From: an uncultured delta proteobacterium
GTDB lineage: Bacteria; Desulfobacterota; Desulfuromonadia; Desulfuromonadales; BM103
Length of the DNA: 64,000 bases
Reading direction: 5' to 3'
NCBI GenBank assembly: GCA_963715335.1
Contig: CAVQRZ010000001.1
Span: 256,001-320,000 of the forward strand
Under the pieces are notes generated by a model, which made no database searches, was not told the origin of the DNA, and was given only the letters and a program-made list of their open reading frames with translations. A program made the position numbers and the translations under genes. Shown here piece by piece: positions 30,409-39,074 of this stretch (position 1 is its first letter; every line of letters starts with the position of its first letter).

Positions 30409-30438
30409 CTAAAAGTGTCTAGAACAACAATTCATTTC

Positions 30439-30454
30439 AGCAAATCTCAGGCCA
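30439..30454 (-). promoter_or_regulatory. Sigma54 -24/-12 promoter with nearby IHF-like site
   Basis: Minus strand TGGCCTGAGATTTGCT (GG-N10-GC); IHF consensus TATCAATACCTTA at 30493-30505 (minus). Confidence 0.6.
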
Positions 30455-30859
30455 CAATCTGAAGATTTTGAGAATTTCAAGATGAGGAACGATAAGGTAT
30501 TGATAAACTTGTGGAAATTTTAGATGGAAAATTCTAGCTGTTTTTATTGTGATGTAGATTCAATTAGTTAAAAAGCAGAAAAGGGCCCAAAATTGTCCCT
30601 ATCGTAGTGAATTTTGAGGTCGGCCTGGCAGAACAAGGATCGGAGCCGAGAGATGTCTTGCTACCCCTAAAAAAAGTAGATAGCTACCCAGTGAGATCCA
30701 AGTGACCATCATTTTGTGGGTATTTTTATTTATATTACTGCATTGTTCCGGGATGCTCAGATTGGCAGTTTTGCGGAGTTCTTACTAGCCCTGACAAATA
30801 GGAAAGGCCACCCATTTCCAAGTGGCCATGTTTTGTGGATTAATGAGCCCCCTTTCTCT

Positions 30860-31297
30860 TCATTCCTTGATATTAGAATCCAAAAGTTCAGTCCAGGCTG
30901 ACGCTGCTAAAGCTTCGGTCAAATTTGCAATAATTGCCGACTGTGCGTGAACTGCATCTATAATCGCCTTCACCGGCTGTAATCTCACTGATGTGGTTGT
31001 ATCCAGGTTAATCTCCTTCATGTGCCAGTTCGGGAACAACCTTTTTAAGTCTCCGAGTTGTATTCCAAGAGTGATTATCTTTTCATGCCGGGGATCCTTC
31101 AAAATATTAGTAAAAAGCTTGTCAATATTTTCTTCTGGGCCTTCTATGATCTGAAAAAATAACCCTCCCTTTGCCATTAAGACTCCGGTTATGTCATGTT
31201 CAGCATTATTCTTCGCCGCTTGACTTGCAAGTTTCTCAATTTCGTTGCCAGACATCTCCTCTACGAAACTGCTCATATAATGTATCCGCTTAAGCAT
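30860..31297 (-). CDS. Stand-alone BLUF blue-light photoreceptor protein
   Basis: Conserved Tyr (HYMS), NN..HDITGVL, FFQIIEG, DPRH, FPNWHM. Confidence 0.93.
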   Translation of the reverse strand: MLKRIHYMSSFVEEMSGNEIEKLASQAAKNNAEHDITGVLMAKGGLFFQIIEGPEENIDKLFTNILKDPRHEKIITLGIQLGDLKRLFPNWHMKEINLDTTTSVRLQPVKAIIDAVHAQSAIIANLTEALAASAWTELLDSNIKE

Positions 31298-31677
31298 TTG
31301 TCTCTCCTTAGGGCAGGAATTAATGAATTATCCTCTAAGAGGCGGCCAGACCCGGTTTCGTGTTACGAAGCAATGGGGTACCGCTGGGGATTCTTAAGAG
31401 AATAATTTGCTGTTTTGCTACGAGTCTCCCCAGGCGGCATTCACCACATGTCACCAAGTCGATATCTTTGATCCGGGATGACCTTCAGGTGCAGGTTCTC
31501 TGCATCATCACCTATACACACATCTCAGGGAGCTGAATAAGGTCACAGACATTACTTGAAAAATTGACCTTTGCACTAAGATAACAGATCTCCATTGTTG
31601 CAAGACGCGGTCATGACCTGATTTACGTGAAGGTTCCCAATGGTTCTCCTTTTTTAATTTTCCGAGGACGTTCATCG

Positions 31678-32682
31678 TCAGGATGACTTTGCGGACCAGA
31701 TTCTGGCCCAGACATCTTTCAACATACCCGGATCCCGGTTCGCCCGCAGACGTTGTGCCGGGACAGGGTTGAGGTGTGGGTTGCCGGATTCGGCGACGAT
31801 GAAGGAAAAGACATAGCTCGGTTCAGCGCCCATGCGCAGATCGCTGATGACGACCGAGCCGTCGGCCTGCCAGACCTTGAAAAAGCCTTTAGTGAACCAG
31901 CGCAATCTTTCTACCGGCCAGTGATCTTCCAGGCTGGCCAGCAGTTCAGCGTGGCTTTCATAACGATTCAGCGTCACCTCGCTGTAGCCGTCCAGCAACG
32001 AGTAATAACCCTCATAATAATCACCATCCGACTGTTGCGCAATGATTCGCCAGAGCAGGGTATTCAAAGGACCGGCGCTGACCAAGAGTTTGTCGTAGGT
32101 GACCGCCTGCCGTGTGAGTGAGTCTTCTACTGCCGAGGTTACGTAGGCTTGCGCAGCGACACTCCAGATTAGATAGAAAGTGGTCAGGCTTAAGGTTCCT
32201 CGATTGACCCGGTAGCCGAGGTCGCTGGTCCGGCTCATGACCAGCGCCGCGATGACGCCGCACAATAGTGGAACAGTGTACAGGGGATCGATGATGAAGA
32301 TCGACCCCCAGCCGACCGGATAATCCGACAGCGGCCAGAAGATTTGAGTGCCGTAAACGGTAAAACAATCGAGCAGAATGTGGGTCATGAAACAAAACCA
32401 GACCAACGCAACCCAGCTCTTTTTGTAGCGGGCGAGTTTCGGATGCAGCTTGAGGATCAGCCAGACAATCAGCGGGGTCAACAGGCTGAGGACAAAAATC
32501 GAATGGCTGAAGCTACGGTGGTAGATGAAGTCTTTGACTGGGTCGCCAAGGGGCAAAAAAACGTCCAGATCAGGCAGGGTCCCACACGCGGCACCCCAAA
32601 GCATCGCTTTGCGGCCGACCTTGCGCCCCATAACAGCCTCGCCGACCGCCGCGCCAAGTGTGAGTTGAGTCAAGGAATCCAT
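31678..32682 (-). CDS. Inner-membrane metal-dependent hydrolase (YdjM-like)
   Basis: MDSLTQ, LPDLD, HRSFSHS, HILLD.FT.YGT, IIDPLYT. Confidence 0.88.
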   Translation of the reverse strand: MDSLTQLTLGAAVGEAVMGRKVGRKAMLWGAACGTLPDLDVFLPLGDPVKDFIYHRSFSHSIFVLSLLTPLIVWLILKLHPKLARYKKSWVALVWFCFMTHILLDCFTVYGTQIFWPLSDYPVGWGSIFIIDPLYTVPLLCGVIAALVMSRTSDLGYRVNRGTLSLTTFYLIWSVAAQAYVTSAVEDSLTRQAVTYDKLLVSAGPLNTLLWRIIAQQSDGDYYEGYYSLLDGYSEVTLNRYESHAELLASLEDHWPVERLRWFTKGFFKVWQADGSVVISDLRMGAEPSYVFSFIVAESGNPHLNPVPAQRLRANRDPGMLKDVWARIWSAKSS

Positions 32683-32748
32683 GATTTCAACCTACTCCCG
32701 CCAAACAGAAGAATGTAACCGACCCCAAGACTAGAGGAGCACCACAAT

Positions 32749-33048
32749 TCATGAAATTTCAACCAGGGTTGCTCCATAAACTTGAAATTCTCCCGATCTC
32801 GTCTTCTCCAAATGGGCCGTCGAGCATCCTTTGTCCTGCCCTTGTTGCAGGTAAAATGGCCCCGGGTCATCCATAAATTCGAAAACGGCGCTGCGGCACT
32901 CAGAACCCCTTTGTTCGGATGTTACCGTCATTACCCGAGTGCGCGGCAGCGCCGTGATTGTTGATCTGACATGTAACAACCTTTGCGCATCAGCGGTTTC
33001 CGTTTCATCAAGGCCGCACCTGCGGGAAAAACAGGCCGCTGGACTCAT
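32749..33048 (-). pseudogene. Hypothetical ORF or gene remnant coupled to carH-like gene
   Basis: Strong GGAGG RBS and ATGA overlap with regulator stop; no recognisable domain. Confidence 0.3.
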
Positions 33049-33929
33049 CGTACTTCCTCCCTACTTTGCTGTTTAATGAAATGCTGGCGGATCAGCGGTG
33101 GAATCTGCTCCAGATTATTGCAGATCAGCAGGTCTGGCAGACTGCTCATCTGCTGCACCGCGTGTCCCCCGGCGATGATTTTGATTCTTGGATCTAGGCT
33201 CTTGCGCAAAGTTCTCAGGTCTTGCTTGGCCTGGCGGCTGGCATAATGACTACTGAATGACAGGGCCACCCCGGTCACGCCGAGGTCAGTGGCCAACTGA
33301 GGGATTTCTGACAATGGCAGATCTTCCCTGAGCCAGAGGACCTGAAGTCCGGCCCGTTGAAAAATAACCGCCGACAGCAACAGGCCGATTTTGTGGCGCT
33401 CACCGCTCAAGGTCAAAAATACAATTTGCGGCCGATTCTCCGTGGCTGTTTTGTCGAGTTCGAGTTTGAGAAGATTCTCCAGCTGATCGGTGATCAGATG
33501 TTCCCGGGCGATACTTAGTCGCCCGGTGGTCCAGCCATGATCGAGCAGCTGCAGCAACGGCATTACGCATTGCTTGATGAAGCCGCTCAGGCCAAGGCTG
33601 CTGCGTTGAACAGCCAGTTCGGCGGCTATCTGCTGAGAACTCATCTCTTCAATTAGATTCTTCAAGCGTTGATCGTCGGGGAGCTTTTGAGAGGTCAACG
33701 TCTCTAGAAGCTCGCGGCGATCCTTTGGACAGAGAGCAAATATTTTTCCCGGACGCTGCCCCAAATCCTGAAGTTTTTTCACGACGCGCAGCTCTTCTGC
33801 CTGATTGCGGCTATAATTACGGTGTCCATGGGCATCGCGGCCAGGAACCGGGGAACCATATCGACGTTCCCAGATGCGCAATGTGTCGAGGCCGACACCG
33901 ATTTCGTGACTGAGCTGCTGAATTTTCAT
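33045..33929 (-). CDS. MerR family B12-binding light-responsive regulator (CarH/LitR-like)
   Basis: MerR HTH (TLRIWERRYG...GHRNY), W-x9-EH (WTTGRLSIAREH) and E-x-H-x2-G (ERHKIG) cobalamin motifs. Confidence 0.9.
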   Translation of the reverse strand: MKIQQLSHEIGVGLDTLRIWERRYGSPVPGRDAHGHRNYSRNQAEELRVVKKLQDLGQRPGKIFALCPKDRRELLETLTSQKLPDDQRLKNLIEEMSSQQIAAELAVQRSSLGLSGFIKQCVMPLLQLLDHGWTTGRLSIAREHLITDQLENLLKLELDKTATENRPQIVFLTLSGERHKIGLLLSAVIFQRAGLQVLWLREDLPLSEIPQLATDLGVTGVALSFSSHYASRQAKQDLRTLRKSLDPRIKIIAGGHAVQQMSSLPDLLICNNLEQIPPLIRQHFIKQQSREEVR

Positions 33930-33946
33930 TTTTGTCCTAGACAAAA
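33930..33946. promoter_or_regulatory. Candidate operator of the CarH-like regulator
   Basis: TTTTGTC-CTA-GACAAAA perfect dyad abutting the regulator start codon. Confidence 0.5.
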
Positions 33947-34059
33947 CAGTATTTATCTGAATAATATATATAAAAATAAAAATATCAAGTAAAAATTTAC
34001 CGATAAAAGGAGCCCGTGGTGGATAACAAGCTAGAGCATTTATTCTATAAGGAGACGCG

Positions 34060-34467
34060 ATGTTCAGTTATTATCTGAAACTTTACCTACTGACGATACC
34101 AGTCTTTTTCGCCATCGACCTGCTCTGGTTGGGAGTCGTAGCGAAGAACTTCTACCAGAACAGTCTGTCGCATCTGCTTAGCCCAATGGTTAACTGGCCG
34201 GCCGCACTGGTGTTCTACTTCATGTATATCGTCGGGATTATCCTGTTCGCCGTCAAGCCCGGACTGGATGCTGGGTCTCTGGCCAAAGCGGCGCTCTGGG
34301 GGGCGTTGTTCGGTTTTTTCACTTACGCAACCTACGACCTGACCAACTTGGCGACTTTACGGCAATGGCCAATCAAGGTCGTCGTCGTCGATATTGTCTG
34401 GGGTACGCTACTCTGTACACTGGTAGCAAGCGGCAGCTTCCTGATCGGCCGCTGGCTAGAGGCCTGA
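34060..34467 (+). CDS. DUF2177 family membrane protein
   Basis: IDLLWLG, GALFGFFTYATYDLTNLATL..W, DIVWG. Confidence 0.9.
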   Translation: MFSYYLKLYLLTIPVFFAIDLLWLGVVAKNFYQNSLSHLLSPMVNWPAALVFYFMYIVGIILFAVKPGLDAGSLAKAALWGALFGFFTYATYDLTNLATLRQWPIKVVVVDIVWGTLLCTLVASGSFLIGRWLEA

Positions 34468-34485
34468 TACGGCTTGAGGAAAGAG

Positions 34486-35268
34486 ATGAACCTGTTTTTA
34501 CTGACCGCACTCTTACTCCTTTGCTTTATGACGCTGGTGTTTTTGCTGGCGCTCAAGCTACGGGACAACAGCATTGTCGATATCGCCTACGGACTCGGCT
34601 TCGTGTTTATCGGTTGGAGTGGTTCGGTTGCTTACGGCAGCGGCGAGGCTCGGCAACTGTTGATGCTGGCCTTGATCAGTGCCTGGGGTCTGCGACTGGC
34701 TGGCCATATTGCGAAACGCAAGCAGAATGAAGAGGGTGAAGACCCACGCTACCGGCAATGGCGTGAGAGTTGGGGGCAAACCTTTATCTGGCGAAGTTTT
34801 TTGCAGATCTACCTGCTGCAGGGAACGGTAATCTACGTGGTCGCGTTGCCCCTGCTACTGGTGATTCACGATGCTGGAGGGCCGCTCGGCTGGCTCGACA
34901 TGCTTGGTGTGCTGATCTGGTTGTTCGGTTTTGCCTTCGAAGCGATCGGCGACTGGCAGCTGCTGCAGTTCAAACGTGTCACCGAGAACCGGGGGCGTAT
35001 CATGCGTGACGGGCTCTGGCGACTCACCCGCCACCCCAACTATTTCGGCGAGGCGATCCTCTGGTGGGGCATCTTCCTGATCGCGCTGGGCGCTCCTTTA
35101 GGCTGGCTGGCGATTATCAGCCCGCTGCTGATCAATTTTCTGCTGTTAAAAGTCTCTGGAATCCCAATGCTCGAGGAGAGGTACGCCGGCAATGAGGAGT
35201 TTGAACGTTACAAGCAACGCACGAATGCATTTTTCCCCTGGTTTCCGAAGCAACAGGTGGGACGATGA
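34486..35268 (+). CDS. DUF1295 (steroid 5-alpha reductase-like) membrane protein
   Basis: SIVDIAYG, EDPRY, EAIGDWQL, GLWRLTRHPNYFGE. Confidence 0.92.
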   Translation: MNLFLLTALLLLCFMTLVFLLALKLRDNSIVDIAYGLGFVFIGWSGSVAYGSGEARQLLMLALISAWGLRLAGHIAKRKQNEEGEDPRYRQWRESWGQTFIWRSFLQIYLLQGTVIYVVALPLLLVIHDAGGPLGWLDMLGVLIWLFGFAFEAIGDWQLLQFKRVTENRGRIMRDGLWRLTRHPNYFGEAILWWGIFLIALGAPLGWLAIISPLLINFLLLKVSGIPMLEERYAGNEEFERYKQRTNAFFPWFPKQQVGR

Positions 35269-36536
35269 ACGATAACAATTTAAAGATCGCAGTGGTCGGT
35301 GGCGGTGTTGCGGGAATTGTCAGCGCCTACCTGCTGCAGTTGAAGCACCGGGTAACACTGCTGGAGCGGAATGACTATCTCGGTGGCCACACCAACACCA
35401 TCGAAATCAAGGATGGCCCGGACAAGGGGTTGGCGGTCGATACCGGCTTTATTGTTTTGAACGATGTCACATATCCGCTGTTCCGGAAATTTCTCTCCCG
35501 GCTAGGGGTTCAAACTCGCAATTCTGAGATGTCGTTCGGCTTTCAGTGCAAGCAGACCGGCCTGGTCTACGCAGGCAACAATCTGAACGGCTTGTTCGCC
35601 CAGCGTCAAAACCTGGTCAGCCCGAGTTTCTTCCGCTTTTTGTTTGAGATCGGCCGTTTTAACAAGCAGGCGTGCAACGACCTAGATGCAGGAACGATCC
35701 CGCCAATCACTCTTGGTGAATACTTGGAGCGTGGCCGTTTCTCCAGCTTCATGGTAGACAACTACCTGCTGCCGATGGCAGCGGCGATCTGGTCGACTCC
35801 GACGTTCCGGGCGGCTGGTTTTCCCGCAGAGGCTTTTCTGCACTTCTTCAAAAACCACGGGCTGCTCTCCTTCCGCAACCGGCCGCAATGGATGACGGTA
35901 GTCGGCGGCAGCTACAGTTACGTAAAAGCGTTCCAGAAGCTTTTTAACGGTAAAATCAAGCTCAATGCCCATATCGATAAAGTCTTTCGTCAAGCTGGTG
36001 GTGTGCGGCTGCAATTTGCCGATGGCCACAGCGAAACGTTCGACCGAGTGGTCATCGCAACCCATGCGGATCAGGCGTTGCGACTGCTCGGCGACCCAAG
36101 TAATGAAGAACAGCGGCTACTGTCTCCATGGGAGTATCAAATCAACCACACAGTGCTGCACACTGACACTGCACTGTTGCCAGAGTTGCGCTCTGCATGG
36201 TCGGCCTGGAACTTTACCCGAGAATCATTCACCTCTGGCGCCCGTCCGGTCTATGTGAGTTATTACATGAACCTGTTACAGGGCTTCTCTGCAGACCGGC
36301 ACTACTGCGTAACCCTCAACCGGCAGCAGGACTTCCGGCCGGGTACGGTGATTGCCGAGTTCCCTTACCACCACCCGCAGTACAGTTTTGCCTCGTTGGG
36401 CACCCAGACGGAGCTGCCAAACCTCAATGGTGTAAACAATACCTGGTTCTGTGGCAGCTATTTCGGTTACGGCTTCCATGAAGACGCGGTCCGCTCGGCG
36501 GTCGCCGTCGGGAAAGATTTCGGAGCGGAGCTATGA
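35265..36536 (+). CDS. FAD/NAD(P)-dependent oxidoreductase COG2907 (UfaD-like fatty acid desaturase)
   Basis: GGGVAG, LGGHTNT, VDTGFIV.N...YP, AWSAWN, GYGFHEDA. Confidence 0.9.
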   Translation: MNDNNLKIAVVGGGVAGIVSAYLLQLKHRVTLLERNDYLGGHTNTIEIKDGPDKGLAVDTGFIVLNDVTYPLFRKFLSRLGVQTRNSEMSFGFQCKQTGLVYAGNNLNGLFAQRQNLVSPSFFRFLFEIGRFNKQACNDLDAGTIPPITLGEYLERGRFSSFMVDNYLLPMAAAIWSTPTFRAAGFPAEAFLHFFKNHGLLSFRNRPQWMTVVGGSYSYVKAFQKLFNGKIKLNAHIDKVFRQAGGVRLQFADGHSETFDRVVIATHADQALRLLGDPSNEEQRLLSPWEYQINHTVLHTDTALLPELRSAWSAWNFTRESFTSGARPVYVSYYMNLLQGFSADRHYCVTLNRQQDFRPGTVIAEFPYHHPQYSFASLGTQTELPNLNGVNNTWFCGSYFGYGFHEDAVRSAVAVGKDFGAEL

Positions 36537-38500
36537 ACTCATTGATCTACCAGGGGGAGGTCAGCCATGCCCGGCTGGCCCCGGTGAAGCACAGCTTCCG
36601 CTATCCTGTCTACTTCTATGCTTTCGATATTAATGAGCTGCCGGAGCTGGCGCGACAAAATCCGTTATTCGGCTACAATCAGCTGCGGCCAGTCGCGATC
36701 CACGACAAGGATTACCTGCAGGCGAACTCGTTGCCGCTGCAACAGAAGCTGGGACAAACCCTCACCGAAATGGGAATCAACGAACCTCTTGGAAAAGTAG
36801 TTCTGGTTACTTCGGCGCGCTATTTCAATTATGTTTTCAATCCGATCAGCTTCTTCTACTGCTACAACCCCGACCAGCAGCTCCGCTACGTGTTGGCCCA
36901 GGTCAACAATACTTTTGGCGAAATGCATCTTTACCTGCTCGACACAAACTCTGCGGAAAACCGCGAAGGACAGCTGCACTTCAGTGTCGCCAAACAATTT
37001 CACGTTTCACCATTTTTTTCTCGCAAAGGCCGCTACGAGTTTCTACTCACCGAACCGCAGCGGCAGCTCGACAACAAGATTCACTATCATCGAAATGAAC
37101 AACTGGCTCTGATCGCCCGGATCCACGGGCAGGCAGAACCGCTTACCGGGCGGACCATGTTGCGCACCCTGATCAGACACCCTCTGACCGCCAGCCTGAC
37201 CATGCCGCGCATCTTGTGGCAGGCGGCGAAGCTTTATTGGCAAAGGAGTCTTCCCGTGTTTACCAAGCCGGTCCCCAATCACCGCATGACTATCCGCCCG
37301 GTGCCGCCGACGCTGCTCGACCGGCTCGGCCGGATTATTACCCACAAGCACCTATTGCAGCTGCAACAAGGAGCTTTGCAAATGAAACTGCCGGATGGCG
37401 GTTTCCTGGAATACGGCGATCAAGGCTCTTCCCCACAGCGATTGCAGGTCCATGAAAACCGGTTCTTCCGAAGGGTTATGACAGGCGGAGAAATAGGTTT
37501 CGGTGAAGCATATACCGACGGAGACTGGACGACAGCAGACCTGCCGGGCCTGTTGAACATGCTGACCGCCAACGCTGAGCTGATCGACGACCGAAACCTG
37601 GTCACGTCTTTTCTTGTCCGCAGGCTCAATGTCCTGCGCCACCTGTTGCGAGCCAATACCATCAAAGGCAGTTCGCGTAATATCCGTGAGCACTACGACC
37701 TGAGCAACGAGTTCTTCGCCATCTTCCTCGACCCGGGCATGACCTACTCGGCGGCGCTGTTCCGGGGTGAGAACGAAAGCCTTGAGCAGGCACAGCGCAA
37801 CAAGCTGCAGGAGATCATAGAGAAAGCTCAACTCAGCAGCAACGACCACGTATTGGAAATCGGCTGCGGCTGGGGCAGCTTCGCCATCGAAGCGGTACGG
37901 CAAACAGGCTGCCGGGTCACGGGCATTACCCTTTCGCATGAGCAGCTGGCGTTGGCCCGAGAGCGGGTGGAGGCGGCCGGGTTGGCCGACCGGATCGAGC
38001 TTAAACTGTGCGACTATCGTCACGTTGACGGGCAGTACGACAAGATCGTCTCGATCGAGATGCTCGAAGCCGTCGGCCACGCCGGGCTCAAGACGTTTTT
38101 CCAGACCTGCGATCGGGCACTGCGCCCCGGCGGGCGCGCAGTGATTCAGGTCATCACGATCCCGGACCGCAAATACGACGCCTACCGCACCAGCTCCGAC
38201 TGGATCCGCAAGCATATCTTCCCCGGCGGTCACCTGCCGTCACTCGGTGCGATAGCCAAGGCGATGGCGGGCACCGAGCTGGCCATGACCAGGCTGGAGA
38301 ATTACGGCCTCGATTACGCCCGCACCCTTGACCTCTGGCGAAAGACTCTCCTGGCGCAGAGACAGAGAATTTTCGGACTCGGCTACGACGAAAGCTTCTT
38401 GCGCAGGTGGGAGTACTACTTCGCCTATTGCCAGGCCGGTTTTGCCAACCGCATCATCGATCTTGCTCATTTGGAGCTGGACAAGCCGGGGCGCGACTGA
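36533..38500 (+). CDS. DUF1365 fused to cyclopropane-fatty-acyl-phospholipid synthase-like methyltransferase (UfaO-UfaM-like)
   Basis: N-half: HARLAPVKHSFRY, FNPISFFYC, VNNTFGEMH, FHVSPF. C-half: GFGEAY, HYDLSNEFF, LEIGCGWG, SIEMLEAVG, IFPGG. Confidence 0.92.
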   Translation: MNSLIYQGEVSHARLAPVKHSFRYPVYFYAFDINELPELARQNPLFGYNQLRPVAIHDKDYLQANSLPLQQKLGQTLTEMGINEPLGKVVLVTSARYFNYVFNPISFFYCYNPDQQLRYVLAQVNNTFGEMHLYLLDTNSAENREGQLHFSVAKQFHVSPFFSRKGRYEFLLTEPQRQLDNKIHYHRNEQLALIARIHGQAEPLTGRTMLRTLIRHPLTASLTMPRILWQAAKLYWQRSLPVFTKPVPNHRMTIRPVPPTLLDRLGRIITHKHLLQLQQGALQMKLPDGGFLEYGDQGSSPQRLQVHENRFFRRVMTGGEIGFGEAYTDGDWTTADLPGLLNMLTANAELIDDRNLVTSFLVRRLNVLRHLLRANTIKGSSRNIREHYDLSNEFFAIFLDPGMTYSAALFRGENESLEQAQRNKLQEIIEKAQLSSNDHVLEIGCGWGSFAIEAVRQTGCRVTGITLSHEQLALARERVEAAGLADRIELKLCDYRHVDGQYDKIVSIEMLEAVGHAGLKTFFQTCDRALRPGGRAVIQVITIPDRKYDAYRTSSDWIRKHIFPGGHLPSLGAIAKAMAGTELAMTRLENYGLDYARTLDLWRKTLLAQRQRIFGLGYDESFLRRWEYYFAYCQAGFANRIIDLAHLELDKPGRD

Positions 38501-38511
38501 AAGGTACTTCG

Positions 38512-39063
38512 ATGTTATCGGCATCGCTGAGCAAGATCATCAATATCGTGCTTTACCAGCTTGGCTGGTTTAGCTGCGTGCTCGGAGCGGCTTACGGTTT
38601 TCCGCTCAGTGGCGCGTTTGGCGCCCTAAGTCTCGTGGCGCTTCACCTGCTGCTGACAGACGCCAGAAAAGCGGACATGCAACTGGCCTTTTGCGCCGGC
38701 CTGATCGGTATCCTGGTGGACAGCCTGCAGCAGGCCGCGGGTCTCTTTACATTTAATGCCGATCCCCGCTGGCCACTGTGGCTGCCGCTATGGGTTTTTG
38801 TTATCTGGGTTCAGTTCGCCACCCTGTTCCGTTTTTCCCTGCACTGGCTTTCCGGGCACTACCTGCTCGGTGCCTTTTTGGGCGCCGTCGGTGGGCCGCT
38901 TGCCTACTGGGGAGGGGTTCGCCTGGGTGCTGCCAGCTTTGGTGACAGCCCGTTGTTTACCCTGCTGGTCCTTGCGGTTGTTTGGGCAGGAGTGACCCCC
39001 CTGCTTCTCTGGAGTCGACAAAAACTGGCGAGCGCCGAAGGGTGTTATCGGCGCTTTTTCTGA
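38512..39063 (+). CDS. DUF2878 family membrane protein
   Basis: NIVLYQLGWFSCV, PLWVFVIW..FAT, GGPLAYWGG. Confidence 0.87.
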   Translation: MLSASLSKIINIVLYQLGWFSCVLGAAYGFPLSGAFGALSLVALHLLLTDARKADMQLAFCAGLIGILVDSLQQAAGLFTFNADPRWPLWLPLWVFVIWVQFATLFRFSLHWLSGHYLLGAFLGAVGGPLAYWGGVRLGAASFGDSPLFTLLVLAVVWAGVTPLLLWSRQKLASAEGCYRRFF

Positions 39064-39074
39064 GAGGTTCAGTC

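Larger units (their letters stand above)
25810..31670. other. AT-rich accessory island (PEP-CTERM, c-di-GMP and BLUF genes)
   Basis: Visible drop in GC and long intergenic gaps relative to flanks; no integrase or transposase seen. Confidence 0.65.

Noticed and set aside
31321..31560. FMN or c-di-GMP riboswitch upstream of BLUF
   Set aside because: Conserved core sequences of these riboswitches were not found; kept only as an unclassified hairpin
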